From contig CAVZQK010000020.1 of assembly GCA_963777355.1 (NCBI GenBank), forward strand, positions 1 through 64,000: DNA of 64,000 nucleotides, written 5' to 3'. The translations under genes were made by a program, and so were the position numbers. The stretch's first letter is position 1, and each line of letters begins with the position of its first letter. The notes under the pieces were generated by a model, which was given only the letters and a program-made list of their open reading frames with translations, was not told where the DNA came from and made no database searches. The DNA is from an uncultured Chloroflexia bacterium. GTDB taxonomy: Bacteria > Chloroflexota > Ktedonobacteria > Ktedonobacterales > Ktedonobacteraceae. This document shows positions 42,311 to 53,785 of the stretch, piece by piece.

Positions 42311-42364
42311 ACTGCTATTCTAACATAAGAAAGAGAAAAACAGTATCTGCGCCGGCTCAAAAAT

Positions 42365-43399
42365 GTGATATCCTTTTTAGAAATAGGCAAAAGAAGAAGA
42401 AGAAGGAGAAACGCTTTGGAAGAGAGAAGATTAGGCCGCACCGGCTGGCAGGCATCAGAGATGGGCTTCGGCACCTGGGCAATCGGCGGAAGCTGGGGCA
42501 AAACCGATGACCGCGAGGGGATTGCGGCTTTACATAAAGCGATAGAACTGGGCGTCAATTTTATCGATACCGCCGATGGCTACGGCGATGGCCATTCTGA
42601 GCAGCTCATAGCACAGGTACGCAAAGAGCATAAAGAGCAGCTTTTTATCGCTACCAAAGCCGGGCGGCGGCTCGACCCCCATGTAGCAGATGGCTACAAT
42701 CGGGCAAATCTCACTAAATTTGTTGAGCGCAGTCTACAAAATCTGCAAATGGAGAGCCTGGACCTGCTCCAATTGCATTGTCCGCCCTCTGAAGTCTACG
42801 ATAGACCCGAAGTCTTTGCCATTCTCGATGACCTCGTCCAGCAAGGAAAGATTCGCTATTACGGTGTCAGCGTCGAGAAGGTTAATGAAGCCCTCAAGGC
42901 CATTCAGTATCCCAACGTTCAGACCGTGCAGATCATCTTCAATATGTTCCGTCTGAAGCCCGCTGAAACATTTTTCGCAGCTGCGCGTGCACGCCAGGTA
43001 GGAATTATCGTGCGCGTACCCCTGGCGAGCGGTCTGCTTACCGGGAAAATGCGCCCGGATTCACAGTTTAGCCCTGACGACCACCGCAATTTTAATCGTC
43101 ATGGCGAGTCATTCGATCAAGGCGAGACTTTTTCGGGCGTTGATTATGAAAGCGGTCTAGCGGCTGTAGAGGAGCTACGCACTCTGGTCCCTGAAGGCTT
43201 TACGCTGGCCCAATTCGCCTTGCGCTGGATTCTGATGTTCCCCGAAGTCACTACGGTCATTGCCGGCGCAAAGAATCCTCGCCAGGCAAAAGAGAACACC
43301 CAGGCAGCTACGATGCCGCCTCTCAGCGACGAAACAATGCGCCGTGTCCAGGATCTCTATGAGCGCCGCATTAAGGCCCAGGTGCAGAATCGCTGGTAA
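42365..43399 (+). CDS. aldo/keto reductase family oxidoreductase
   Basis: 'GFGTWAIGG...DTADGYGDGHSE' AKR motifs; real start probably TTG at 42413 after AAGGAG. Confidence 0.8.
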   Translation: MISFLEIGKRRRRRRNALEERRLGRTGWQASEMGFGTWAIGGSWGKTDDREGIAALHKAIELGVNFIDTADGYGDGHSEQLIAQVRKEHKEQLFIATKAGRRLDPHVADGYNRANLTKFVERSLQNLQMESLDLLQLHCPPSEVYDRPEVFAILDDLVQQGKIRYYGVSVEKVNEALKAIQYPNVQTVQIIFNMFRLKPAETFFAAARARQVGIIVRVPLASGLLTGKMRPDSQFSPDDHRNFNRHGESFDQGETFSGVDYESGLAAVEELRTLVPEGFTLAQFALRWILMFPEVTTVIAGAKNPRQAKENTQAATMPPLSDETMRRVQDLYERRIKAQVQNRW

Positions 43400-43515
43400 C
43401 AAGCCGCTATCCAAAAGAGTGTGAGATTGGTGAAGGTCCGTTGTAGGGCGAACAGAGATGCCTGATAGCATCTCTTCCCATCTTCTTAATGGGCCCTACA
43501 ACAAAAAAGGATTAC

Positions 43516-45090
43516 CTAACTGACATTGGCAACAACGCCACTATCAGTCGGTGAGGCATGAGTAGACAAGATTGGGAGCGGAGTAGAGCGGTCCAACAGT
43601 TCATTGAGATCCTGAATCTGACGCGTCAGCCAGGTAATCAGATCACTGCGCTCTACAGCCTGGCGTGCCAGCATCGCTTTCGTCCGCCGTTCCTCTGGAG
43701 AAAGCGTCAAAGCTTTATATAAAGCCTGCGAGGTTTCGTAGACATCCGTAGGAGAGGTAGGAATCGAGCCTTTCGCCAGTTGATGAAAAGCACCAGCGGT
43801 CCGCGAGAGTACCAATACTCCGTTCGTTTGATTAACGACCGGTCCCTCTTTTGCAACCAGGTTCATACCATCGATAATTGGATTTACCAGGAGGACGTCA
43901 TAAAACTGCATTGCCGCTAAAGCACGCGTCCGATCATTGTCACAGAAGGCATGGATCGGCGTCCATTCATCAGTGCCATACTTATTATTGATATCTTCAA
44001 TCGACGCCATTACCTCAGAGGTGGTTCGACGATAAATAGGCAGAGACTGGCGAGATGGCACCAGAAAGGCCAGGAATGTCACTTTCTCATGCAACTCAGG
44101 ATGGTCCTGAAGTAGCTCGTCATAGGCCTGAAAGCCGCGTAGAATATTCTTGGTCGGCTCCAGACGGTCCACACGCATAATGGTCTTTTCAGCTAGCAAT
44201 GGCTTGATCTTTTCGGCAGCACGCTTGCCTGCTACGCTGTTGACGACACGGCGCTCTTCTGTCACAGAGATAGAGATAGGATACGCTCTGGCCTGGGTAC
44301 GATGACCCTGCCACCAGACCGCGCCCTCCTCAAAATCGACTACTGCCCCATCCAGGATGGTCCGTGCGCCTTCCAGGAAGTTTCGCGCATCACGCTCGGT
44401 CTGAAAACCAATGATGTCGTTACCAACCAGACCGCTATAGATCTCTTGCGCAATATTGCTAGGCAGAAAATGCCAGCAACGCACATCGGGCCAGGGAATA
44501 TGAATAAACTGCTGAATGATTATCGAAGGATGGCTCTGGCGAATCATAGATGAAGCCAGATACAGGTGATAATCCTGTAACATCACCACCGGACGCGTAT
44601 CCTCACGCTCAATCTCTTCGATAACAGCGTCCGCCACGGCTTGATTCGCCACACGATATCCGGTATTCCAGGCGTCCTGTAGCTGCCGAACAGAATCTTG
44701 TACCGGATCATACATGTAGTGCTGGAGAAACCAGAGGAGTTCATTGCTGATTTTTTCGTAGTGCTTTCGATATGCGGCCTTTGGAATAGCGACATAACGC
44801 AGTTGCATGTTCTGACCACGCAGCGGAGACTTCAAGAGCCCCCCATTCTGCTGCGCCTCTTTTACGGCTCGCCGGTCTCCTTCTGTCATCGTCATCGCAA
44901 CCCAGGTCACATCCATACGATTACCTGCATCGATAAGAGCCGTAACCATCCCACCAGCACCGCGACGAGGCTTGAGTGAATTATCCTGACTCAGTTGATA
45001 CTCGACGGGGCCACGATTTGAAGCAATAATGAGGCGACGTGCATGCATCAACTGCGGAGGATGAACTTCATTCGTCATCCGCGAAGGCAT
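43516..45090 (-). CDS. otsA: alpha,alpha-trehalose-phosphate synthase (GT20)
   Basis: 'LIIASNRGPVEY', 'DIIGFQT', full-length GT20 similarity. Confidence 0.8.
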   Translation of the reverse strand: MPSRMTNEVHPPQLMHARRLIIASNRGPVEYQLSQDNSLKPRRGAGGMVTALIDAGNRMDVTWVAMTMTEGDRRAVKEAQQNGGLLKSPLRGQNMQLRYVAIPKAAYRKHYEKISNELLWFLQHYMYDPVQDSVRQLQDAWNTGYRVANQAVADAVIEEIEREDTRPVVMLQDYHLYLASSMIRQSHPSIIIQQFIHIPWPDVRCWHFLPSNIAQEIYSGLVGNDIIGFQTERDARNFLEGARTILDGAVVDFEEGAVWWQGHRTQARAYPISISVTEERRVVNSVAGKRAAEKIKPLLAEKTIMRVDRLEPTKNILRGFQAYDELLQDHPELHEKVTFLAFLVPSRQSLPIYRRTTSEVMASIEDINNKYGTDEWTPIHAFCDNDRTRALAAMQFYDVLLVNPIIDGMNLVAKEGPVVNQTNGVLVLSRTAGAFHQLAKGSIPTSPTDVYETSQALYKALTLSPEERRTKAMLARQAVERSDLITWLTRQIQDLNELLDRSTPLPILSTHASPTDSGVVANVS

Positions 45091-45854
45091 GGGTTTGTCC
45101 TTTCTAACAGGTGCTTACTGTTTTGCCCTTGGGACCGTGGAACTTGTAGGACCTCTGGGTACGGCAGCGGACCTGGAGCAATGTCTCTGGCACGGTCTGA
45201 TTTAGAACTCTACCTAATCATGTACAACGGCGACATGCAAGGCACCATCTGTAATGTTACCACACAATGAAGCAGAATTCCTGACAATTCTGTAATTTGC
45301 TTGTTTTGTTTCCTCATCCAGCCCCCGCCCAACCTGTACTAGCGCACATCAGCAAATACAATACCGAAACATCCCTTCTCTCTAGTAAACACGTCCTGAC
45401 AAACCCTCCTGGTTTCAAATTGGCTTCTCTTCTCTCTGTTTTCTTGCCGTTTTCTTTAGGAAAAACTATACCAGACAGTACCATAGTACCGTTTTTATGA
45501 GTATCACTGCTGAGGATTCGTTGATGATGTAGTGAGCAGCGAAACAGGCAGCAAGCCGTTGATTTCGCAATCGTATTATTTATAGCAAGTCAGTTCTATG
45601 CTTTTTTCTGTGAGTACTATGAAAATTATGCTAAAAGAGACTCTATAGTTTCTCTCTTTCTTACCCATAATTCCCTTTTAGTTGCGAATTGAGAAGAAAA
45701 CATGCTAGAATTGCCCGCAAGGTGCCAGAAATTCCCAGAAATTCTTAGAAGTAATACAGAAAATTTGGATGAAGATGGTCGCTAACTTAGCACGTTCATC
45801 CTTCAGAGGTAGAAGAACCTTGCCGGTCCAGCCGCAAATCGAGAGGAGCGCACA

Positions 45855-47012
45855 TTGGAAGTTACAACAGGCAGGAAGTTACTGTGGCGCATTATAGATT
45901 TTATTAATCCACTTCGTGACCCCAGCCTGACAGTCGCAGCAGTACTGACTTTCATCGAAGAGGTCGGGCAGCATAACGCCTGGTATTGGATTATTGTTAT
46001 TGCGCTCGTCAACTGGATTGCGGTACGCGGCGTCGTCTGGCTTGTGGTGAATTTTACTTTTGCGTCTACTTTTGTTGCCCGCCGCCTCTGGTGGGCCATC
46101 CAGCATCCACGCCTGGCCTGGCGTATTCTGGATGCAGTAGGCCATGAAGAGATTGTGATCGGTGGTGGCCTGCCAGCTTTTCCTGAAGGGATTTTGCTGC
46201 AAGATGGCACTACGATTATGAATCCTATGCTCGGCGCAAGTGGGATGCACGTCATCGGCGAGCTACCAGCCGGGACCGAGGTGCCGATGCTGGGTATGCC
46301 CGGCGGTCAGATGTCAGCCGATCTCTCCACTTTTGGTAATAATGGCTTCTTCCCCGGCGTCGCTCCTGACGGCATGAATCCTTTTGCCGCTCAACCTAAT
46401 ATGGGCTTTCAGCAGATGAACCAGAATGGCTTCGTTAGCCCACAGAGCACCGATGGCTTCCCTCAATCTTTCCCGCAACGCCCTTCAGAAGAGGAAGAAC
46501 GCCTGCGCCAACAGATGGCTACTTATATTCGCCTGATGGACGATTGGATTCAGTTTACTGAGGAGAAATGGCGCACGATCAGCGATAGCCAGCTCGGCTG
46601 GAAGCCCTTGCGGGGCCGCTGGGGCAATTGGGACGATATCTTCCAGGATGCCTATGCCGCCAAGACCTCTGATCCGATGGCCCAGGCCGCTCAGGTCGCA
46701 GGCGAGGCGACTGCACGCCGCTATGATAGCTCAAAAGATAAAGGCTCGGCTGCCTCCGCTGTGGCCTGCTTTATGCGCGATATGATGACTTTACGTCAAG
46801 GTATGGAGCTGCTCCAACAGACCGCCGAACACAGCCCGGCAACGTTTGATACTCCACCCGCTATGACAAACACAGGCGGACGCTTCGGGGCCGCTAAAGC
46901 TAATAGTGGAAATCTGCGCAATAATACCACAGGGAGCGGCCTGCTACGCAACGGTGGCCTGATCCGTCGCCCAGCTCAGATCTTTGTCGATGCAGATACC
47001 GAAAGTAAGTAG
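45855..47012 (+). CDS. hypothetical membrane protein, Gly/Met/Pro/Gln-rich central region
   Basis: 385 aa ORF with 2-3 TM helices, followed by intrinsic terminator. Confidence 0.4.
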   Translation: MEVTTGRKLLWRIIDFINPLRDPSLTVAAVLTFIEEVGQHNAWYWIIVIALVNWIAVRGVVWLVVNFTFASTFVARRLWWAIQHPRLAWRILDAVGHEEIVIGGGLPAFPEGILLQDGTTIMNPMLGASGMHVIGELPAGTEVPMLGMPGGQMSADLSTFGNNGFFPGVAPDGMNPFAAQPNMGFQQMNQNGFVSPQSTDGFPQSFPQRPSEEEERLRQQMATYIRLMDDWIQFTEEKWRTISDSQLGWKPLRGRWGNWDDIFQDAYAAKTSDPMAQAAQVAGEATARRYDSSKDKGSAASAVACFMRDMMTLRQGMELLQQTAEHSPATFDTPPAMTNTGGRFGAAKANSGNLRNNTTGSGLLRNGGLIRRPAQIFVDADTESK

Positions 47013-47060
47013 CACGCTTGCCAGGGACCAGCCGTTGTCAGGCTGGTCCCTACCTATTTT
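47013..47060 (+). terminator. intrinsic terminator
   Basis: stem CAGGGACCAGCC/GGCTGGTCCCT then ACCTATTTTTCCTCTCTTTTCTC. Confidence 0.6.
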
Positions 47061-47152
47061 TCCTCTCTTTTCTCTCCCTTGTGGAAGGATTGCACATAGC
47101 TATTACCTTGCCAACACCCTCTCTGCGATGTACAATAATCCGCGCAGGATGA

Positions 47153-48556
<1,404 letters not shown>

Positions 48557-48651
48557 AACGCGCTATAGTATTCCTGTAGGGACTGCGATACCTCTTCGCT
48601 TATCCTGCCAGCAGCCTCTACAGGTATCTTATAGTAGCAAAGAGAGGATTT

Positions 48652-49530
48652 ATGCCAGATACGACTACTCATACAAAATATACGCGTGAGCGGCGCACCG
48701 GACGCGCTATTCACTATGACCTTAGTTATCTTGTCCAGGGCGCTGAGCATGGTACCGATGGCGCACTTATTTTGCTCCATGACTTTCCCGCCGGCGCTTT
48801 TGCCTGGGAAGAGGTCCTACCCCAACTCGCCGGTCTTGGACGCGCTGTCTATGCCTTCGATATGCTTGGCTATGGACTCTCCGATCATCCCTGGCCCGCC
48901 GATACTTCGATGTGGGGACAGGCTGACGCCCTTAGCTATCTTCTCAAAGATCTTCATTTGACGAATGTTGTCCTGGTTGGACATGGCTTCGGCGGCGCTG
49001 TGGCCCAGATCCTGGCTACACGCCTCTATCGCGACCAGACTCAGGCGATTGTGCTGATCGATACGCTCTGCTATCAACATGCGTACGCTGCTAATTGGCC
49101 CCTACCCGATATGGAGAAACGCCAGGATTTCGACGCTCCTAAACAGACTGCGTTAGAGGACGTTCTGCGCGATCTGCGTGCAACTCTCCCTCAGGCGGTC
49201 TCTCACCCTGAAGACTTTAAGAATAGCATCGATAGCTATCTCGCTCCCTGGAGTACAGAAGAAGGGAAAGAGCTGCTTTTCCAACATCTTCGCTTGCTGG
49301 TCCCCAATTATATCAATGCTGTCTCTACTGATATGCAGGTTGTCAAAAAACCAACTTTGATTATCTGGGGAGAAAATGATGAGGTTATGCCGCTGAAATT
49401 AGGCCAGCGCCTGAATCGCGAGATCTCTACTTCAAGTTTGGTGGTGGTGCCAGGGGCCGCACATCTGATCCTCTTTGATGCTCCTGATGCTGTCGCTGAG
49501 GCTATTGGAGATTTCGTGAAGGGTCTCTAA
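48652..49530 (+). CDS. alpha/beta-hydrolase fold protein with Ser->Gly substitution at nucleophile elbow (GHGFGG)
   Basis: 'LILLHDFPAG' and 'VVLVGHGFGGAVA' where GxSxG serine is replaced by Gly. Confidence 0.65.
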   Translation: MPDTTTHTKYTRERRTGRAIHYDLSYLVQGAEHGTDGALILLHDFPAGAFAWEEVLPQLAGLGRAVYAFDMLGYGLSDHPWPADTSMWGQADALSYLLKDLHLTNVVLVGHGFGGAVAQILATRLYRDQTQAIVLIDTLCYQHAYAANWPLPDMEKRQDFDAPKQTALEDVLRDLRATLPQAVSHPEDFKNSIDSYLAPWSTEEGKELLFQHLRLLVPNYINAVSTDMQVVKKPTLIIWGENDEVMPLKLGQRLNREISTSSLVVVPGAAHLILFDAPDAVAEAIGDFVKGL

Positions 49531-49726
49531 GCATCTGTCGCAAGCTAGCTCATACGCTACAACCAGCGAGCGAACTTCTACGCTGTTTGCCAGACGCTAA
49601 GCCGCTCAAGAAGCAAAGATACCCACAAGAGCCACCATGGTTGAGGAACTTCTTGTGGGTACTTTAATAATATACAATTTCACACTTATTACACAATCCC
49701 ACTCCCAATTACAAGCACATCGCTAG

Positions 49727-49990
49727 CTATGATGCCTTTTTTTTCCCAGATCCTTCCCCTTGCGCAACGGATTTTTTTGCCGGTTTCGGCTTTTGCTCTT
49801 CTTCCTGCATAGAGGTACATCGATTGAACTCCTCTACGGCTAACATATACGCGCTATACATGCGCTCAAGAACCGGTACCGCTGCCCCCCTCTGCTCCGC
49901 CATCACGAGATCGTGCCATTTTTGCTGCATACGCTTTTCAGCATACTCAAGCTCTTTTGAAACCATGCTATCCTCTTTCTCACACTCCAC
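49727..49990 (-). CDS. small hypothetical protein (Lys-rich C-terminus; contains A8 homopolymer)
   Basis: 87-aa ORF only. Confidence 0.3.
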   Translation of the reverse strand: MECEKEDSMVSKELEYAEKRMQQKWHDLVMAEQRGAAVPVLERMYSAYMLAVEEFNRCTSMQEEEQKPKPAKKSVAQGEGSGKKKAS

Positions 49991-50044
49991 CGTTCGTCAG
50001 TCAGAAAGTAGGCCTGGGAGGGCGCTGCTGTATATCTGGTGGGA

Positions 50045-50785
50045 CTACGAAGCTCTGGTACTGGTATGCTGCTGACGATATTCTGCCGTCAGTTGCTGGA
50101 TGAGTTTCTTGGCATTCAGATAGCTCATGGCGGCTATGTTCTCTGGTTCGGCCTTCCCCAGCACTTCACAGAGCTTGCGAATACTGCTCAACTGGCGCTC
50201 GCTAATTCCAGCACTGGCCTCATCAAACACCTCTGCCGGTTGACTATTTCCATTGCTGGCTGCGGAACGGCTGCTCTGTCCCGCCACAGGCGTGCTGCCA
50301 TTTCCATTTCCATTTCCATTTCCGTTGCTATGCGCGGCGGCAGATTGGAAGTCAACGGGGGCATCAACGATCCGGTGTCCCTCATTTAATTCAGGTGCAA
50401 ACTGCGTGCCAAATCCCAGCCCTGCCAGCGCTCGCCCGATAGCTTTCGTCTCGGCTTTTTCGATAAAGTCGGGAAAGTCTACGGCACTCTCTGAACCGGT
50501 TGCTGTGGCACTGCCCCCCTGGCCCGTCTTCACTGTCGCCTTAAAACAGGCAAATCCTTTGCCGCTCTTAAGGACCTTCTCGTTGCGACGTTTCTCAGCG
50601 TTCCAGACAAATTGTTCGGCCTCGATGACTCTATCCAGATCTATCATTACGATCTCTGTTTCAATCGATCCTTCGGGAAATTCATTCCTGAACCAGACTA
50701 ACCGCCACTGGACGGGCAAATAGTCTGAGACTCCCTGTCTACTTTTGATGTTCATCAAGTGCTCACGAGGATTGAAACTACCCAT
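50045..50785 (-). CDS. Rad52/Rad22/DdrA-like single-strand annealing protein with (NG)5 linker
   Basis: 'FACFKATVKTGQGGSATATGSE...FIEKAETKAIGRALAGLGFG' resembles Rad52 core 'FYVGVCAFVRV...GYG...[24 protein letters not shown]'; (CCATTT)4-5 repeat at 50298-50326. Confidence 0.4.
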   Translation of the reverse strand: MGSFNPREHLMNIKSRQGVSDYLPVQWRLVWFRNEFPEGSIETEIVMIDLDRVIEAEQFVWNAEKRRNEKVLKSGKGFACFKATVKTGQGGSATATGSESAVDFPDFIEKAETKAIGRALAGLGFGTQFAPELNEGHRIVDAPVDFQSAAAHSNGNGNGNGNGSTPVAGQSSRSAASNGNSQPAEVFDEASAGISERQLSSIRKLCEVLGKAEPENIAAMSYLNAKKLIQQLTAEYRQQHTSTRAS

Positions 50786-51228
50786 TAATCAATGCTCCTT
50801 GTTCTCTACTCTTTAAGAAGAACCTGTCTGCAAGCGGCTTATTTCTATCCGCTTCTGTCTACTTTTTTTCTCTACACCGACAACTATCAACAAGGTGCTC
50901 AAACATCTTTGCCCTATTACTCTCATGTGCAATATGGAATATTTGTTCTAGACCGTCTCTACAGTATAGAATTTCTGCACGCTTTCGTCAAGTTTTGGAC
51001 ACTCTCCTATTCTTTCTGCTAGAACAAATTACGGTAATTTTTGTCTGCTCGTCTGCTTCTTTTCCCTTCCAAAAAAACAGGCCAATCTTCGCTTTTGTGC
51101 GCAAGTTGTCTGCCCATAAAATAGATAGGCGTTGTACAATAGAGCCTGATCGTGAAATTACTCAATGTCTGAGTAAGCAACAGAAAAACGTAGAGCAAAC
51201 TAACTCAAGCTAGCTAAGGAACAAACAG

Positions 51229-52059
51229 ATGAACGTCACAACTATGTATCAGGAAATTCAGACGGCTATACAGCGTGGTGAGCAGATAGTGGTGGCGACG
51301 GTGGTAAAAACTTCTGGCTCGGCTCCCTGCGAGATCGGCAGTAAGCTTTTGATTCGCGCTAATGGCTCCTCTTACGGGAGCTTTGCGGGACCCACGACGG
51401 ATGGCAAAGTGCTGAAAGAGGGGTTGAATGCTCTGCACGAGGGCCGTAGTTACACTACCCATATCCACATTGATGCCGATCAGGGTGAGGCTGTGGGAAG
51501 CTGCGGGGCAACGCTGGAAGTTTTTTTTGAGGCCCTTCGTCCAGAACCCCGTTTAATTATTGCGGGCGCAGGCTATGTGGCTCAAGCCCTGGCTCGCCTG
51601 GCTCTACGCCTCGATTTCCATATTGATGTAATTGATGACCGCCGCGATCTGGCTAATCCCGCTGTCTTTGATGAGAGGGTTCAATTAATCTTTGGTGATA
51701 TAGCCGAGACTATTCGCGCTCTTGAACCTGGAGAAACAAGCTGGATTGTGATTGTAACACGCGGTCATACTCTGGATAAGGATACGCTTCGTGCCGCTCT
51801 TGCTACCCGCGCTAGCTATATCGGCATGATTGGTAGTCCGAGTAAGGTGAGAAATATTTTTAAAGAGCTGCTCAAAGAAGGTGTGACACGCGAGCGCCTG
51901 GAGCAGATTCATGCCCCTATTGGTCTGGATCTCGGTGCTGAGACTCCTGATGAGATTGCTCTGAGTATTGCCGCTGAGATGGTTATGTTGCGCCGCAAGG
52001 GGACAGGTATCTCTCTCAACTCTCATCATAAGATTTTAGATGAGGTGGCCCATGCGTAA
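51229..52059 (+). CDS. XdhC/CoxI-family molybdenum cofactor insertion chaperone
   Basis: 'VVATVVKTSGSAP' N-domain and Rossmann 'LIIAGAGYVAQALARLA' C-domain. Confidence 0.7.
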   Translation: MNVTTMYQEIQTAIQRGEQIVVATVVKTSGSAPCEIGSKLLIRANGSSYGSFAGPTTDGKVLKEGLNALHEGRSYTTHIHIDADQGEAVGSCGATLEVFFEALRPEPRLIIAGAGYVAQALARLALRLDFHIDVIDDRRDLANPAVFDERVQLIFGDIAETIRALEPGETSWIVIVTRGHTLDKDTLRAALATRASYIGMIGSPSKVRNIFKELLKEGVTRERLEQIHAPIGLDLGAETPDEIALSIAAEMVMLRRKGTGISLNSHHKILDEVAHA

Positions 52060-52966
52060 GCTTGTCTCTATGGCGGAAGCTGTCAGCCGCTATATTCCCG
52101 ATGGCAGCTCGATTGCCCTGGGACTGGCTCTGGAGGCGCTGATTCCCTTTGCGGCAGGCCATGAGCTTATTCGCCAACACCGCCAGAATCTTACGCTGAT
52201 TGGCCCTATCTCCGATATCCTTTTCGATCAGCTTATCGGCGCTGGCTGTGTCCAGAAAATTACGGCGGCCTGGGTCGGCAATGTGAGCGAAGGTCTTGGC
52301 CACTGCTACCGCCGCGCTTTTGAGAAAAATCTACCCCGTCCTCTTATTGTTGAAGAGCAAAGCAATCAGACTATTGCTCTGGCCCTCCTGGCTGCCAGTC
52401 TTGGCGCTCCCTATATCCCCACCCGCACTTTACTCGGTAGCGATATCCCGGCTCAGAATCCGACTTTTCTTCAGGCTACCTCGCCGTTTGACCAGACACC
52501 CCTCCTGCTCGTTCCGGCCCTGAAACCCGATATTACGATCCTCCATGTTCAACGCTGCGATGAGGAGGGTAACGCTCACGTCTGGGGCAATCTGGGTATG
52601 ATGGAAGAGGCTATGCTCGCCGCCCACAAAGTCATTCTTGTTACAGAAGAGATCGTGCCACGAGCAGTCATCAGTAGCGACCCCAACCGCGTTATCGGCC
52701 CGTCCTTCAAGGTCTGTGCCGTGGTCCATGAACCCTGGGGAGCCTATCCATCGACGGTACAGGGCTACTATAACCGCGACCACGCCGCCTACCACGAATA
52801 CCATACGCGTACACGCACCAGCGATGGCTTCCAGCAATGGCTCACAGAATCGGTCCTTCAAGTCTCTGACCGTCATGAATATATAAAAAATATCAACGAA
52901 GAGCGCATAAAAAACCTGGGCATACAAAAACATCTTTATGCGGCCTCGGTGGACTACGGCTATTAA
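52052..52966 (+). CDS. CoA-transferase subunit A (glutaconate/3-oxoacid CoA-transferase family)
   Basis: subunit A family similarity; overlaps xdhC stop and B-subunit start. Confidence 0.65.
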   Translation: MRKLVSMAEAVSRYIPDGSSIALGLALEALIPFAAGHELIRQHRQNLTLIGPISDILFDQLIGAGCVQKITAAWVGNVSEGLGHCYRRAFEKNLPRPLIVEEQSNQTIALALLAASLGAPYIPTRTLLGSDIPAQNPTFLQATSPFDQTPLLLVPALKPDITILHVQRCDEEGNAHVWGNLGMMEEAMLAAHKVILVTEEIVPRAVISSDPNRVIGPSFKVCAVVHEPWGAYPSTVQGYYNRDHAAYHEYHTRTRTSDGFQQWLTESVLQVSDRHEYIKNINEERIKNLGIQKHLYAASVDYGY

Positions 52967-52983
52967 TGAGGAGAAAACGCCTT

Positions 52984-53763
52984 ATGGATTATACTCCACG
53001 CGAAATGATGGTCGTCTGTGCAGCACGCCAGATACAAGACGGAGAACAGGTCTTTGTCGGTATGCGCCTCCCTTTGCTGGCCTTTGCTCTCGCTAAACGC
53101 ACGCACGCCCCCAACTGTACCGGCCTCTTTGAATCCGGTGTACTACGCGATACGCCTGCCGCCGAACTGCTCTATACGATGGGAGATGCCGCCAATATCG
53201 CCGGAGCAAGCTGGGCTACCCGCAGTATCAACCTCCTCGGTCTGCTGGCTGCGGGTGAGGTAGACCTGGGCTTTATCGGCGGCGCTGAGATTGATCGCTA
53301 CGGTAATCTCAATACGTCATTGATAGGCGATAGCCAGCATCCACGCGTTCGCCTGCCCGGCAGCGGCGGGGCCGCAGACATTGCTTCACAATCACGACGT
53401 CTCGCAATTATTATGCCCCATGAGCGGCAACGCTTCCGCGAGCGGGTCGATTTCATTACCAGTCCAGGCTATGGCTATCCGGACCAGGCTGGCCCTGCCG
53501 GTCTCCGCTGGCGTGAGCGAACAGGTCTCCCACGTGGCGGCCCTGCGGTACTAATAACTACCCTGGCAATTTTCAACTTTGATCCCCAGAATGGCGAGGC
53601 GGTTCTCCATTCCTATCATCCAGGGAGCAGCATCGCACAGATTCAGGAGCAAACGGGTTGGCCTTTGCGTACCGCAGCCGATTGCGCTGAAACTCCGCCC
53701 CCTGATCCTGAAGAGCTGCGCCTGATCCGCGAATGCGATCCCCAGGGCGTCTGGACAAGTTGA
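52984..53763 (+). CDS. CoA-transferase subunit B
   Basis: 'GLLAAGEVDLGFIGGAEIDRYGNLN...PGSGGAADIA' B-subunit motifs incl. catalytic Glu region. Confidence 0.65.
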   Translation: MDYTPREMMVVCAARQIQDGEQVFVGMRLPLLAFALAKRTHAPNCTGLFESGVLRDTPAAELLYTMGDAANIAGASWATRSINLLGLLAAGEVDLGFIGGAEIDRYGNLNTSLIGDSQHPRVRLPGSGGAADIASQSRRLAIIMPHERQRFRERVDFITSPGYGYPDQAGPAGLRWRERTGLPRGGPAVLITTLAIFNFDPQNGEAVLHSYHPGSSIAQIQEQTGWPLRTAADCAETPPPDPEELRLIRECDPQGVWTS

Positions 53764-53785
53764 TGCCTGAGCAGAGAGAGCCATC

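Noticed and set aside
43400-43515. Nested 10-bp-stem hairpin (GTTGTAGGGC...GCCCTACAAC) between convergent AKR and otsA genes as a bidirectional terminator
   Set aside because: The A-tract follows the stem on the plus strand and the U-tract precedes it on the minus strand, so neither orientation gives stem+U-tract. Probably just an RNA-stabilising or incidental structure.
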